A stretch of DNA of 64,000 nt from an uncultured Holophagales bacterium. Its GTDB lineage: Bacteria > Acidobacteriota > Thermoanaerobaculia > Multivoradales > UBA5704. Below, one piece after another: positions 54,578-64,000 of this stretch (positions within the stretch are counted from its first letter, which is position 1; each line of letters opens with the position of its first letter). The DNA lies in assembly GCA_963842525.1 (NCBI GenBank), contig CAWJGT010000032.1:1-64000 (forward strand). Reading direction: 5' to 3'. A model generated the notes under the pieces. That model searched no databases, was not told where the DNA came from, and saw only the letters and a program-made list of their open reading frames with translations. Position numbers and translations under genes: made by a program.

Positions 54578-57500
54578 GTGGAAAGAGACAGAGCGCTCGC
54601 TCACGATCTTTTCGTCTCCCATGCGGAGGAGGACCGGTCCTGGGTGCTCGGCTTTTTCCTTCCTGCTCTCGGCCTGCCGCGCGAGCGCGTCGTGACTTCG
54701 GGTGACCTGGTCCCTGGGCGCGGCCGCATCGCCGAAATCGTGCGTGCCGTTGAGAGCAGTCGCTACACGGTAGCAGTCCTGAGCCGCTCCTATCTGGCCG
54801 ACGACTGGTCGGTGCTGACGGATGAGCTCGCTTCTCATCTGAGTGTCGCGAGCGGACCTGACGGAAACCGCATTATTCCTCTGCGGCGAGAGCCTACCGT
54901 GGAGGTCCCGCTTCACCTTGGGTTCCGGATCTGGCTGGACTGCGCCGATCCCGAGCGCGCGAACGAAGAGATCGGGCGCCTTCGCGAGCTGCTCGGCACT
55001 GCCGGACCCGGGCCGGAGGAGGCTCCTCCCGAGTGCCCCTACCCTGGTATGGTGCCCTTTACGGCAAGCCAGAGTGAGCTCTTCCACGGCCGCGAGACCG
55101 AGATTGAACGACTTCTCGATCTGATCTCGACCCACAACCGCTTGTTCGTGATCGGGCCTTCCGGGTCGGGCAAGTCGTCTCTTCTCCAGGCCGGACTTCT
55201 GCCCCGCCTCGGTGCCGGGCTCGCTGATCGCCGGCGTTCTTGGCGAGTGCTCCAGATCCGGCCGGGGCAGAAGCCGGCGGAGGTTATCCTTGCCGCGCTG
55301 CGAGCCAGCAGCGAAGCAGACATTTCCGATGCGGTTGATCGCATACTGGCCCGCGAGCCTCCTGCCGAAAAGTTGCTGCTGGTAGTCGACCCGCTCGAAG
55401 AGGTGTTCACATTGGGCGACAACGAGTCGCGGGATGGGCTCTGCCGTGTTCTTCGGGAGTTGAGGTGCGGCCGCTGCACGATCCTCCTGGCCGTGCGCGC
55501 CGATTTCTACGCAGAGCTCATGAAGCCGGACTTTTGGCCGCTGCTGGGACCGGATCAGCGTTTCCTCTTCCCGGTTGCCCCTCTGGCCGGGGAAGCACTT
55601 CGTGCGGCGATTGAAAAACCTGCGGAGGCGGTTGGAGTCTATGTTGAGCGAGCCCTCGCAGATCAGGTGATCTCCGAGGCGGCCCGCGAGCCTGGGGCTC
55701 TTCCCATGGTCCAGGAAACGCTGCGCCGGATCTGGCGCCGCCAGTGGGGCTCGGAGTGGCGAGGCAGGACCTGGCGCCTGCTGCCCCTCGCTTTGTATGA
55801 GAGCCTGGGACAGAAGGACGGTCGTACAGGCTTACAAGTGGCGCTCGCCGATCATGCCGACGCTGCTCTGGGTGGGCTCTCCACAGAGCGGCAGGCTCTG
55901 GCCCGGCGGATCTTCCTGCGTCTTGTTCAGTTCGGTGAGGGTCGACCAGATACCCGCCGTCAGCAGACGGTCAAGAGCCTGCTCGGGGATACCGATGATC
56001 CCGGCGAGGTTCGGGCGGTGATCCAACATCTGGTGGAACGCAGGCTCCTGACTCCGGCCGAGCGCGACGGGGAGAAGGCGGTGGACCTTTGCCATGAGAC
56101 TCTCATTGTTGGCTGGCCGACGCTGCAGTCATGGTTGACCGATCTCCGGTTGGCAGAGCAAAGGCGTCGGCTTCTGGTCGAGAAGGTGGCGGAGTGGAAT
56201 CGGTTGGAGCACCGAGGAGGCCTCCTGGACGAGGTGGAGCTCCGGGAAGCAACACAGTGGTTGGAGAGCCCCGAGAGCCGGGTCCTCGGCTCGGTCGCCG
56301 GCCTCAAGGACCTTGTACAGGCCAGCCATGCGATCTTGGAACGGGAGGAGAAGAGGCGCAAGCTTCGAATTGTCCTGCTTTGGGGCGCTGTAGCGGTCTT
56401 GCTGGCGGCCCTTCTGGCCACTGGCTTATTCTGGAATCGGGAGCGTCTTCAGCGGAGGGTGTCCCTGGTCCAGGCGCTGGCCGCGCGCGCCAACCGCTTG
56501 ATCGCGCAGGAGCGCGATCCGGAGCTGGCCGGCCTCCTCGCGGTGCAGAGCTATCGGCTGCTTAAGAAGAATCAGGGTGAAGCTCACCTCCCGCAAGTCG
56601 ATGAGGTGCTGCGGTCCGTGCTCGCTGACAAGGATTTCAGCACCGGGCTCGACGCCGGCATCGAGGTGAGCGACATGGCCCTGAGCGGCGATGGGCGCCT
56701 GCTCGCAGCCAGCGGCCCCGGGGGTGCGCTCCGGGTTTGGGATTTGGCCCGCCCGGGCACGCCGCCGCGGGTTCTGAAGAGCGGGACGGGCCAGGTAAAC
56801 AAAACCGGGGAGGGCCGGGTATTCGTGAGCTTCCACCCCTCTCAACCCCTGCTGGCGGCTATGGGAGACGATGGAATCCGCCTGTGGGATTTTGCAGAGG
56901 CTCAGCCGCGTGTTCAACTGCTGACCGATCGTAGTGTCTTCCGTGGCGGCATACTCTTCTCCTCTGATGGTGGACGTCTGTTTTTTCTCGGTCGCGGTGG
57001 GACTGCCAACATTTGGGATGTTAAGCGTGGGACGGAGAGAACGCTGCCCTCCGGAGATTCCGAAGAGTGGATCGGGAGGCTGTCACTGAGCGGGGATGGG
57101 AAACGGCTCGTCGGCGTAGGAGACAATGTGCTTCTGGTTTGGGACACGGAGCATCTCGACCGGCGGCCCAGAACCTTCGCCTTCGATGGGACGGAGCTCG
57201 GCGCACGTCTTGACCTGGCTGTGGACTCTGGGGGTGCTCGGGTGGCGACCCTCCGGCTTGGAAGTATTGTGCTCAACGATCTCGCGCAGCCGGGCGAAGA
57301 GCCGGTCAGTCTTCCTATCCCCGGACAACCGAATTCGGTCGCCTTTTCCCCAGACGGACAGACTTTGGCAGCGGGAAACCTCGACGGCGACATCTTCTTG
57401 TGGGATCTCAAGGCTCTCAAGCCGGAGCAGAAGCCGCGGGTGCTTCGTGGGCACGGCCAGAACGTCCGGGTCCTTCGCTTCGACCGGCAGAGCCGCTGGC

Positions 57501-58573
57501 TGATCTCGGGCAGCTTCGACCGGACGGTCCGTCGGTGGAACCTGACGCAGAGAGCGGAAGAGCCGCAAGTCTTCTTCGGTCGAGACAAAGAAGTGTCGTC
57601 GCTGGCCTTCACTCCTGACGGCGCGGCACTCGCTTTCAGCGGAGTCGGTGGCCTCCGGTTCCAGCTCCTCGGCGGCTCGCCAGCCGTTTTCCCGCCTATC
57701 GAGATGGGAGAGGTAAGCTCCATTGCTTTCGATCTTCACCGCGGCGCTCTTGCTCTCGCCGCGAGCGGTGTCGTCGTGCTGGTCCCCGATCCTCATTCCC
57801 CGAACAACCGGAGCGAGCTGCCGGTCGGCGCTCCTGTGTCCGATATCGCCTTCCATCCGGACGGCACTGTGCTGGCTTGGGCGGGCGAGAGAACCGTGGA
57901 CGTCCACCGGATCGGCGGTCCGCCGACCTACCTGTCGGTCAGGGTGAAGCATCTTTTTTACCCGCTGAGTTTGGCCTTTGACCCGGACGGGGAAGCCCTG
58001 GCAGTCGCCAGCTACGAAGGGGTGTTTCTGTGGCCGTCATTCCGGCACGGAACGGAGGCCGGCCAGCCGCTCCGTCTACCGAGCCCGGTTCGTTCCTGGT
58101 ATGCAACGGAAATCAGTCCGGAAGGCAGGTGGCTGGCGGCCGGGGGGGGAAGCGGTGCGCTGGGGCTCTGGGAAATGGACCACCCCACCGATGAGCCACG
58201 GCTTCTCGTCGGCCCTCGCGGGTCGGTGTGGGCCGTCGCCTTCGACCGGGAACATCGACTGGCCAGCGCCGGGCAGGACGGGATCGTACGGCTCTGGGAC
58301 CTTCATAGGCCCGACGACGAGCCCGTGGCTCTTCACGGTGGAGGCCGGCCTCTCAAGACCGTGGCGTTCAGCCCGGATGGGAGTCTGGTGGCCGCCGCAG
58401 GCGAGGATGGCCTGCTGCGGGTCTGGACGGTCAGCACCGAGACGCTGGTTGACCGCGTCTGCGCCCTGGCCCGGCGCAACCTGTCTTTGGACGAGTGGCG
58501 GCTCTACGTCGGTGGCGATGTCGAATACGAATTGACGTGCCCGGAGCTTCCCTCCGGGGCCGGAGTGAATTGA
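54578..58573 (+). CDS. TIR - nSTAND1-type NTPase - TM - WD40 repeat protein
   Basis: DLFVSHAEEDRSWV (TIR), CPYPGMVPF..FHGRE, GPSGSGKSS and LVVDPLEE (NTPase), a TM helix IVLLWGAVAVLLAALLATGLFW, then many WD40 repeats (VAFSPDG..LWD). Confidence 0.88.
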   Translation: MERDRALAHDLFVSHAEEDRSWVLGFFLPALGLPRERVVTSGDLVPGRGRIAEIVRAVESSRYTVAVLSRSYLADDWSVLTDELASHLSVASGPDGNRIIPLRREPTVEVPLHLGFRIWLDCADPERANEEIGRLRELLGTAGPGPEEAPPECPYPGMVPFTASQSELFHGRETEIERLLDLISTHNRLFVIGPSGSGKSSLLQAGLLPRLGAGLADRRRSWRVLQIRPGQKPAEVILAALRASSEADISDAVDRILAREPPAEKLLLVVDPLEEVFTLGDNESRDGLCRVLRELRCGRCTILLAVRADFYAELMKPDFWPLLGPDQRFLFPVAPLAGEALRAAIEKPAEAVGVYVERALADQVISEAAREPGALPMVQETLRRIWRRQWGSEWRGRTWRLLPLALYESLGQKDGRTGLQVALADHADAALGGLSTERQALARRIFLRLVQFGEGRPDTRRQQTVKSLLGDTDDPGEVRAVIQHLVERRLLTPAERDGEKAVDLCHETLIVGWPTLQSWLTDLRLAEQRRRLLVEKVAEWNRLEHRGGLLDEVELREATQWLESPESRVLGSVAGLKDLVQASHAILEREEKRRKLRIVLLWGAVAVLLAALLATGLFWNRERLQRRVSLVQALAARANRLIAQERDPELAGLLAVQSYRLLKKNQGEAHLPQVDEVLRSVLADKDFSTGLDAGIEVSDMALSGDGRLLAASGPGGALRVWDLARPGTPPRVLKSGTGQVNKTGEGRVFVSFHPSQPLLAAMGDDGIRLWDFAEAQPRVQLLTDRSVFRGGILFSSDGGRLFFLGRGGTANIWDVKRGTERTLPSGDSEEWIGRLSLSGDGKRLVGVGDNVLLVWDTEHLDRRPRTFAFDGTELGARLDLAVDSGGARVATLRLGSIVLNDLAQPGEEPVSLPIPGQPNSVAFSPDGQTLAAGNLDGDIFLWDLKALKPEQKPRVLRGHGQNVRVLRFDRQSRWLISGSFDRTVRRWNLTQRAEEPQVFFGRDKEVSSLAFTPDGAALAFSGVGGLRFQLLGGSPAVFPPIEMGEVSSIAFDLHRGALALAASGVVVLVPDPHSPNNRSELPVGAPVSDIAFHPDGTVLAWAGERTVDVHRIGGPPTYLSVRVKHLFYPLSLAFDPDGEALAVASYEGVFLWPSFRHGTEAGQPLRLPSPVRSWYATEISPEGRWLAAGGGSGALGLWEMDHPTDEPRLLVGPRGSVWAVAFDREHRLASAGQDGIVRLWDLHRPDDEPVALHGGGRPLKTVAFSPDGSLVAAAGEDGLLRVWTVSTETLVDRVCALARRNLSLDEWRLYVGGDVEYELTCPELPSGAGVN

Positions 58574-58579
58574 GCCACG

Positions 58580-59017
58580 ATGACCGTATCGCGCAGGATC
58601 TCGTTTGATGTCTTCGTCAGCTATCGGCAGAGGGATCCGGACCGCACGTGGGTGCGGGAGAGGCTTGTTCCCGCCTTGTCTGCGGCCGGTCTCCGCATCT
58701 TCGTCGATTACCAGAGCTTTCGTTTGGGAGCCCCTCTGGTTCGCGAGATGGAGCGGGCCGTCGAGGCGAGCCGCTATACCCTTGCCGTCCTCTCGCCGGC
58801 CTATCTGGAGAGCAACTTCACGGATCTTGAGCGGGTTATGGCGCAGCACCTCGGAGTTGAGCGTAGCGAAACCCGCTTGGTGGCCGTTCTGCTCCAGCCC
58901 TGCACCCCGCCTTTGAGCGTCCGGGCGTGCCTGTATCTCGACATGACGGACGAGGCCCGGTTTGACGAACAGATCGCTGTACTTGTCGAACAGCTCCGGC
59001 AGGAGCCCAATATGTGA
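58580..59017 (+). CDS. Stand-alone TIR-domain protein
   Basis: FDVFVSY..DRTWVRERLVPAL..GLRIFVD..F.LG..SRYTLAVLSPAYLES..LE. Confidence 0.88.
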   Translation: MTVSRRISFDVFVSYRQRDPDRTWVRERLVPALSAAGLRIFVDYQSFRLGAPLVREMERAVEASRYTLAVLSPAYLESNFTDLERVMAQHLGVERSETRLVAVLLQPCTPPLSVRACLYLDMTDEARFDEQIAVLVEQLRQEPNM

Positions 59018-59193
59018 CCGCGGTCGGTCAGCAAAGCAGGATCGCGAGGAGTTGGTCACTGACACGAAACGTGGTGGCTCGTAGACGCTCGACAGCGGCA
59101 CCCGGGATCGACGAGGCTCTTCTCGATTGCCATGTCGAGGACTCCGATCAGGCCGGTGATGGACAGCCCCCGATCCCAGGCGAGGTGGCAACT

Positions 59194-59403
59194 GCCGAAA
59201 GTACCGGATCAACGGCAAGGGGCTGGACAACCGGGGCGGCTTCCGCTGGGTCCATGCCGCCGAAGGGCACTTCGTTGACGTGGAGATCGACCTGCCGGAC
59301 AAATCCGGACTGGAAGACCTTCAAGTTTCAGCTCCTGAAGGTCGAGGAGATGGACGTCCCAGCCTGGGAGCGCTTCATGAAGGATCAGCTCGCGGCCCCT
59401 TGA
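59194..59403 (+). repeat. Diverged direct-repeat copy of the 3' end of the 52607-53113 gene (gene fragment)
   Basis: Matches 52905-53113 and encodes NPDWKTFKFQLLKVEEMDVPAWERFMKDQ vs NPDWKTFKFQLQKVEEMDAPAWERFMKDQ. Confidence 0.88.
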
Positions 59404-59559
59404 GCCGGCGCGGGATGGCTTCAGGACGTTTCTCCCTGTGACCGGGACGATCTACAGTTTGTAGAGGACGGCGCGCGGCTCAATCCGGGCGGTCGAGATC
59501 GGGCTGATGACGAGCCTGTCTGCGCACAGGACGGATTGGAGCGCACTGCGGGCGGTGCT

Positions 59560-59990
59560 GAACGTGTTTCCCCCGATCCTCCTCGCACTGCGGACGATCC
59601 GGATTGCGTAGAGGACGGTTCTCGATGCGCAGCGGATGGAGCAGAACGAGTTACGAACGGTTCCAAGCGGGCAACGAACCGTCCTGAACACATTGCGGAT
59701 CGTCCGGAACGGGCAGCGAACCGTCCGCAGCGCATAGCGGACGGTTCTGAATGGCCTCCGAACCGTCCTTAGCGCGTTTCGGATGGTTCTGAACGGGCAT
59801 CGAATCATCCGGAACGCATAGCGGACGGTTCTGAACGCACAACGAACCGTCCGGAATACGTTCCGGATGATCCTGAACGGGCAGCGAACCGTCCTGAACG
59901 CACCCCGTGTCGCGCGGAACGCGTTCAACACCGTCCGCAACGCGATTGGAACCGTCTGCAACGCGGTCGACGTCGTGCCGAACGCGTCGC
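59560..59990. repeat. Degenerate 21-bp-period tandem array
   Basis: Consecutive units GCGGACGGTTCTGAATGGCCT / CCGAACCGTCCTTAGCGCGTT / TCGGATGGTTCTGAACGGGCA. The minus frame reads heptads FRTVRCP/FRIIRNV. Confidence 0.85.
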
Positions 59991-60051
59991 CGGGATAGAG
60001 GACGACGGCACGCATAGTACCTCCGGAGCAAGACTAGCAGAGGCTCCGGAT

Positions 60052-60801
60052 CTACGCCTCCCCCTGCCCCCACAGCACCGCCGTCAGGTCCCGCACGAGA
60101 TTTTCGTTCGAGAGGTGCGGAGCGTCGATGCCGAGGCGCTGGCGGTAGTGGCTGCCGACCTCTTCCATCAGGTCGTAGCGGGCGCTCTCGGTCAGGCGGT
60201 CGGCGCGCAGGCAGAGGGTGAGGAGGAACTCGCGCTCTTCCAGACTGACACGCTGGCGGACGCGGCGCTGCAGGGCCGGGGTGCGCAGGACGTTGAAGCG
60301 GCGGTCGAGGCGCAGGTCGCCCTGGGGACGGAGGGGGATGCGCTCCTGGACGACCAGTGTGTCGGCCACGATGTCGCCCAGGCGGCGGCGGTCGCGGTCG
60401 ATCAGCGAGACCAGCCCGCCGAGGCCGTAGAAAGCCGGCGCGAAGTCGAGCGCCCGGACGATGTTGCGCACGAACGACTGCTCCAGCCGGATGGGGAGCC
60501 CGCGGCCGTCCACCACCCGCAGCTTGGTCATCCGCTTGCCGATCGTGCGGCCCTGGTGGCGCAGCTCGAACCAGATGTGATACCCGGTGAAGATCACGAA
60601 GGTGAAGGTGACCTGCAGGGCCTGCTGCACGCCCTGAGGGAGGAAGGTCACCCGCAGGAGCGTGTTGAGCAGGGAGACGATGGCCAGCGAAATGGCGAAG
60701 TCGATGAGCAGAGCGAGGAAGCGGCTTCCCAGGCCCGCCGGGGTCAGGCGGATCTGGACGTGCTCCGGCGTGAGGACCCGCCGCTCGGTCTGGACTCTCA
60801 T
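60052..60801 (-). CDS. RDD family protein
   Basis: TPEHV..AGLGSRFLALLID, GRTIGKR..LRVV and RRLGDIVADTLVV motifs. Confidence 0.9.
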   Translation of the reverse strand: MRVQTERRVLTPEHVQIRLTPAGLGSRFLALLIDFAISLAIVSLLNTLLRVTFLPQGVQQALQVTFTFVIFTGYHIWFELRHQGRTIGKRMTKLRVVDGRGLPIRLEQSFVRNIVRALDFAPAFYGLGGLVSLIDRDRRRLGDIVADTLVVQERIPLRPQGDLRLDRRFNVLRTPALQRRVRQRVSLEEREFLLTLCLRADRLTESARYDLMEEVGSHYRQRLGIDAPHLSNENLVRDLTAVLWGQGEA

Positions 60802-61823
60802 GGCGCCCCTGTCCCCGTCGACGTTCCCATCTTGCGGTCGCGCGGCAGGAAGAGGTAGATCAAAAGGCCGGCGTGCAGCAGCGCCGCCACCGCGATCTTC
60901 AGGGAGTAGGGCACGGTCTTGGCCGAAAACTGGGAGAAGGAGCCCTCGATCAGCCCGGCGATGACGAGGAAGACCATCACGCCCACCATCATGCGCCAGA
61001 CCGCTGGAAAGACGCGCCGCAGAGAAGCGCCCCGGGAGAGCTCGCCCGGCAGGAAGAGCGCCCGGCCGGCGACCAGGCCCGCGGCGCCCGCGAAGACGAT
61101 CGACGGCAGCTCGATGGCCCCGTGCGGGCCCACCCAGGCGAGGAAGAAGACGCTCACCCCATCGAGCACGTACTGCGTGGCGATCGCTCCCAGGATGATG
61201 CCGTTGTAGAAAAGGATCCAGACGCCGCCTACCAGGGTCAGGGCGCCCAGGCTGAAGGCGAGGAACGAGACCTTGATGTTGTGGGTGTAGAGCTGCGCTC
61301 CGAAGAGGGCGGCGTCTTCGACCCTCGCGATCCGCTCCTCGTTCTTCTCGATCTGCTCGACGCGCTCGCGCGGGCTCTGGGTGAAGAAGTCCTGCGGGAT
61401 CAGGTCTTCGGCGGAGTAGGGACTGGCCAGCACCACGCCGGCCCCGAAGAGCGCGCCGAGCAGCAGCGCGGCGGCGGCGGATACCACGGCCATGGCGTGC
61501 CGCTGGAACGCCTCGGGGACTTTCGACCCGAGGAAGTCGGCGATTTCCCGCAGTGCTCCCTGGATTCCCCGGCCCCGCCGCGGCCGGTAGATGAAGCGGT
61601 AGCCGCGGCCGGCCAGGGCGTTCAGCCGCTCGAGCAGCTCGGGGTCGGCCGTCAGCGAACGCGCCTGGTTCAGGTCGGACGAGGTCAGCCGGTAGAGGCG
61701 GAGCAGCTCGCGCATCCCCTCCGGGCCGACCTCCCGCTCGGGAGAGCTCTCGGCGCGGTCCAACAGCTCTTCAAGCCGCCGCCAGCGCGGCTCCCGGTCC
61801 TGGAGAAAGCGTTCGATGTCCAT
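60798..61823 (-). CDS. SpoIIM/DUF95 family membrane protein
   Basis: W.RLE.LL, LYR..SSDL, HNIKVSF, PHGAIEL and AGLIEG motifs. Confidence 0.88.
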   Translation of the reverse strand: MDIERFLQDREPRWRRLEELLDRAESSPEREVGPEGMRELLRLYRLTSSDLNQARSLTADPELLERLNALAGRGYRFIYRPRRGRGIQGALREIADFLGSKVPEAFQRHAMAVVSAAAALLLGALFGAGVVLASPYSAEDLIPQDFFTQSPRERVEQIEKNEERIARVEDAALFGAQLYTHNIKVSFLAFSLGALTLVGGVWILFYNGIILGAIATQYVLDGVSVFFLAWVGPHGAIELPSIVFAGAAGLVAGRALFLPGELSRGASLRRVFPAVWRMMVGVMVFLVIAGLIEGSFSQFSAKTVPYSLKIAVAALLHAGLLIYLFLPRDRKMGTSTGTGAP

Positions 61824-61836
61824 GGCTCGGATCCCT

Positions 61837-63170
61837 CTAGAGGAGCTGCCGCCTCTTGACTTCCAGATAGCTGTTGACCGCCTCGACACCGGCGTCACCC
61901 GGCGCGGTCTCGACCACCAGGGCTCCGCGCCGCCGGAGGTCGGCGAGGGTGCGCCGCCGCTCGATCCACAGGTCGTGCGCCACCAGGGTGCGGCAGAGCT
62001 CCGGCTTGTCCTGAGGCCTGAATTGGGCCGCGGCGGCGAGCCCGGGGTCCGAGAAGACGATCACCACCGGCAGGTGCTGGGGGACGATCATGTCGACCGT
62101 CCGCGCCAGGGTCCGTTCGTCTTCGAGCTCGGGCAGGGCGGTGAGGACGAGGACCAGGGCCCGGCTGCGGAGCCGCCGCCGGAGATGGGCGCCCAGGGCC
62201 AGGTAGTCGGTATGCCGGTATTCCGGGCTCACGCCCGCCGCGAAGCCGGTCAGCTTGCGCAGATGGCTGCTGCCGCGCCCCTGGCCGAGCCCCTGCTCGA
62301 CGTCGTCGGCGAAGGAGAGGAGGCCCACCCGGTCCTCCATCCGGTTGCAGAGGGAAGCGAGGAGCACGGCGGCGTTGACTGCATGATCGAGCCGGGTAAT
62401 CTGCGCCACCCGCGCGGCCATGCGGTGCCCGCGGTCGAGGCAGATCAGGATGTCCTGCGACCGGTCCAGCCGGTACTCGCGGGTGATCAGCTTGCGGTGC
62501 CGCGCCGATGCCTTCCACGCCACGTCGCGCAGGTCGTCCCCCAGCACGTACTCGCGCAGGCGGTCGAAATCGCGCCCCTTGCCCAGGCTCGGCGCCGCGC
62601 GGTTGCCGAGCCCCTGGAGGAAGAGGCGGTCGAGCCGCCCGCGCAGCCGGCGCACGGCCTTGAGGCTCGGCAGGACGGTGATCTCTGTCCGCGTGGCCTT
62701 TTTGGCCCCGGAGTCTGGCGAGGCGGCGTCGGCTGGAGCCACCCGTTCCGCCCAGCCGTTGAACGTCGCCGCCACCCACAGCGGAGCGAGGGAGGCTGTG
62801 CCGCGCGCGATGGCCCGCACCGAGGCGTCCAGGGACAGCACCTCCCCGGGCCGGCAGATCCCTGCGAGCCGCGTCGAAGGTTGAGACAGAAGATCCGGCC
62901 AGACCTGACGCAGGGCGAGGCGGACCGGGCGCGCGGCCGAGGTCGACACGCGCAAGGGGAGGATCTCCTCCTCGTCGAGGGAGAGCACGATCGCCTCCGG
63001 CCGGTCGGTAGTGATGCGCAGCCTGCGCAGCGCGAGCGCCTCGCTGGCCGCGACGGCGAGGAGCGCCAGCAGGCCGAGCAGCACGAGCCAGGCGGCCTCC
63101 GGCACAAACGGCACCAGGAGGGCCAGGAGGCCCAGGGCGCCGAAAGCCCGGATGAAGCGCGGCCCCGGCC

Positions 63171-63174
<4 letters not shown>
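61837..63174 (-). CDS. DUF58 (vWA-like) protein
   Basis: DFDRLREYVLGDDLRDVAWKASAR motif; follows MoxR. Confidence 0.9.

Positions 63175-64000
<826 letters not shown>

Overview
High-GC bacterial chromosomal window. Gene content and the expanded HTH/TPR families suggest Acidobacteriota, Thermoanaerobaculia-like (inference only). The backbone is housekeeping: mlaE, plsC, apbC, lpxH, aroA, thiL, lon, hsp20, nrdR, a CIRCE-controlled hrcA-grpE-dnaK-dnaJ-prmA-rsmE operon, ilvE, pilT-recX-alaS, pgsA/MMPL, pyk, ffh and a MoxR/DUF58/SpoIIM/RDD cluster. Three accessory blocks interrupt it. (1) 3.2-9.2 kb: a putative peptide-signalling locus (secreted precursor with three DNRxxIDPxG cores, a sigma region-2-only protein, a zf-HC2-TPR protein), a divergent Cys-rich secreted protein with a large beta-sandwich partner, and a decayed vapBC. 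(2) 31.4-38 kb: a type IIG-like R-M gene split by a complete IS66 (14-bp IRs, 8-bp target duplication), a 62-bp palindromic tandem array and an XRE-TPR gene. (3) 52.9-59.4 kb: MNT-HEPN toxin-antitoxin, a TIR-STAND-TM-WD40 protein and a stand-alone TIR, bracketed by a duplicated gene 3' end. Each accessory block has a ~21-bp-period repeat array near its right end. Many single-base frameshifts between ~21 and ~38 kb are probably sequencing errors. The best candidate for an undescribed system is the IDPxG-peptide / TPR-sensor / minimal-sigma module and its XRE-TPR paralogues.
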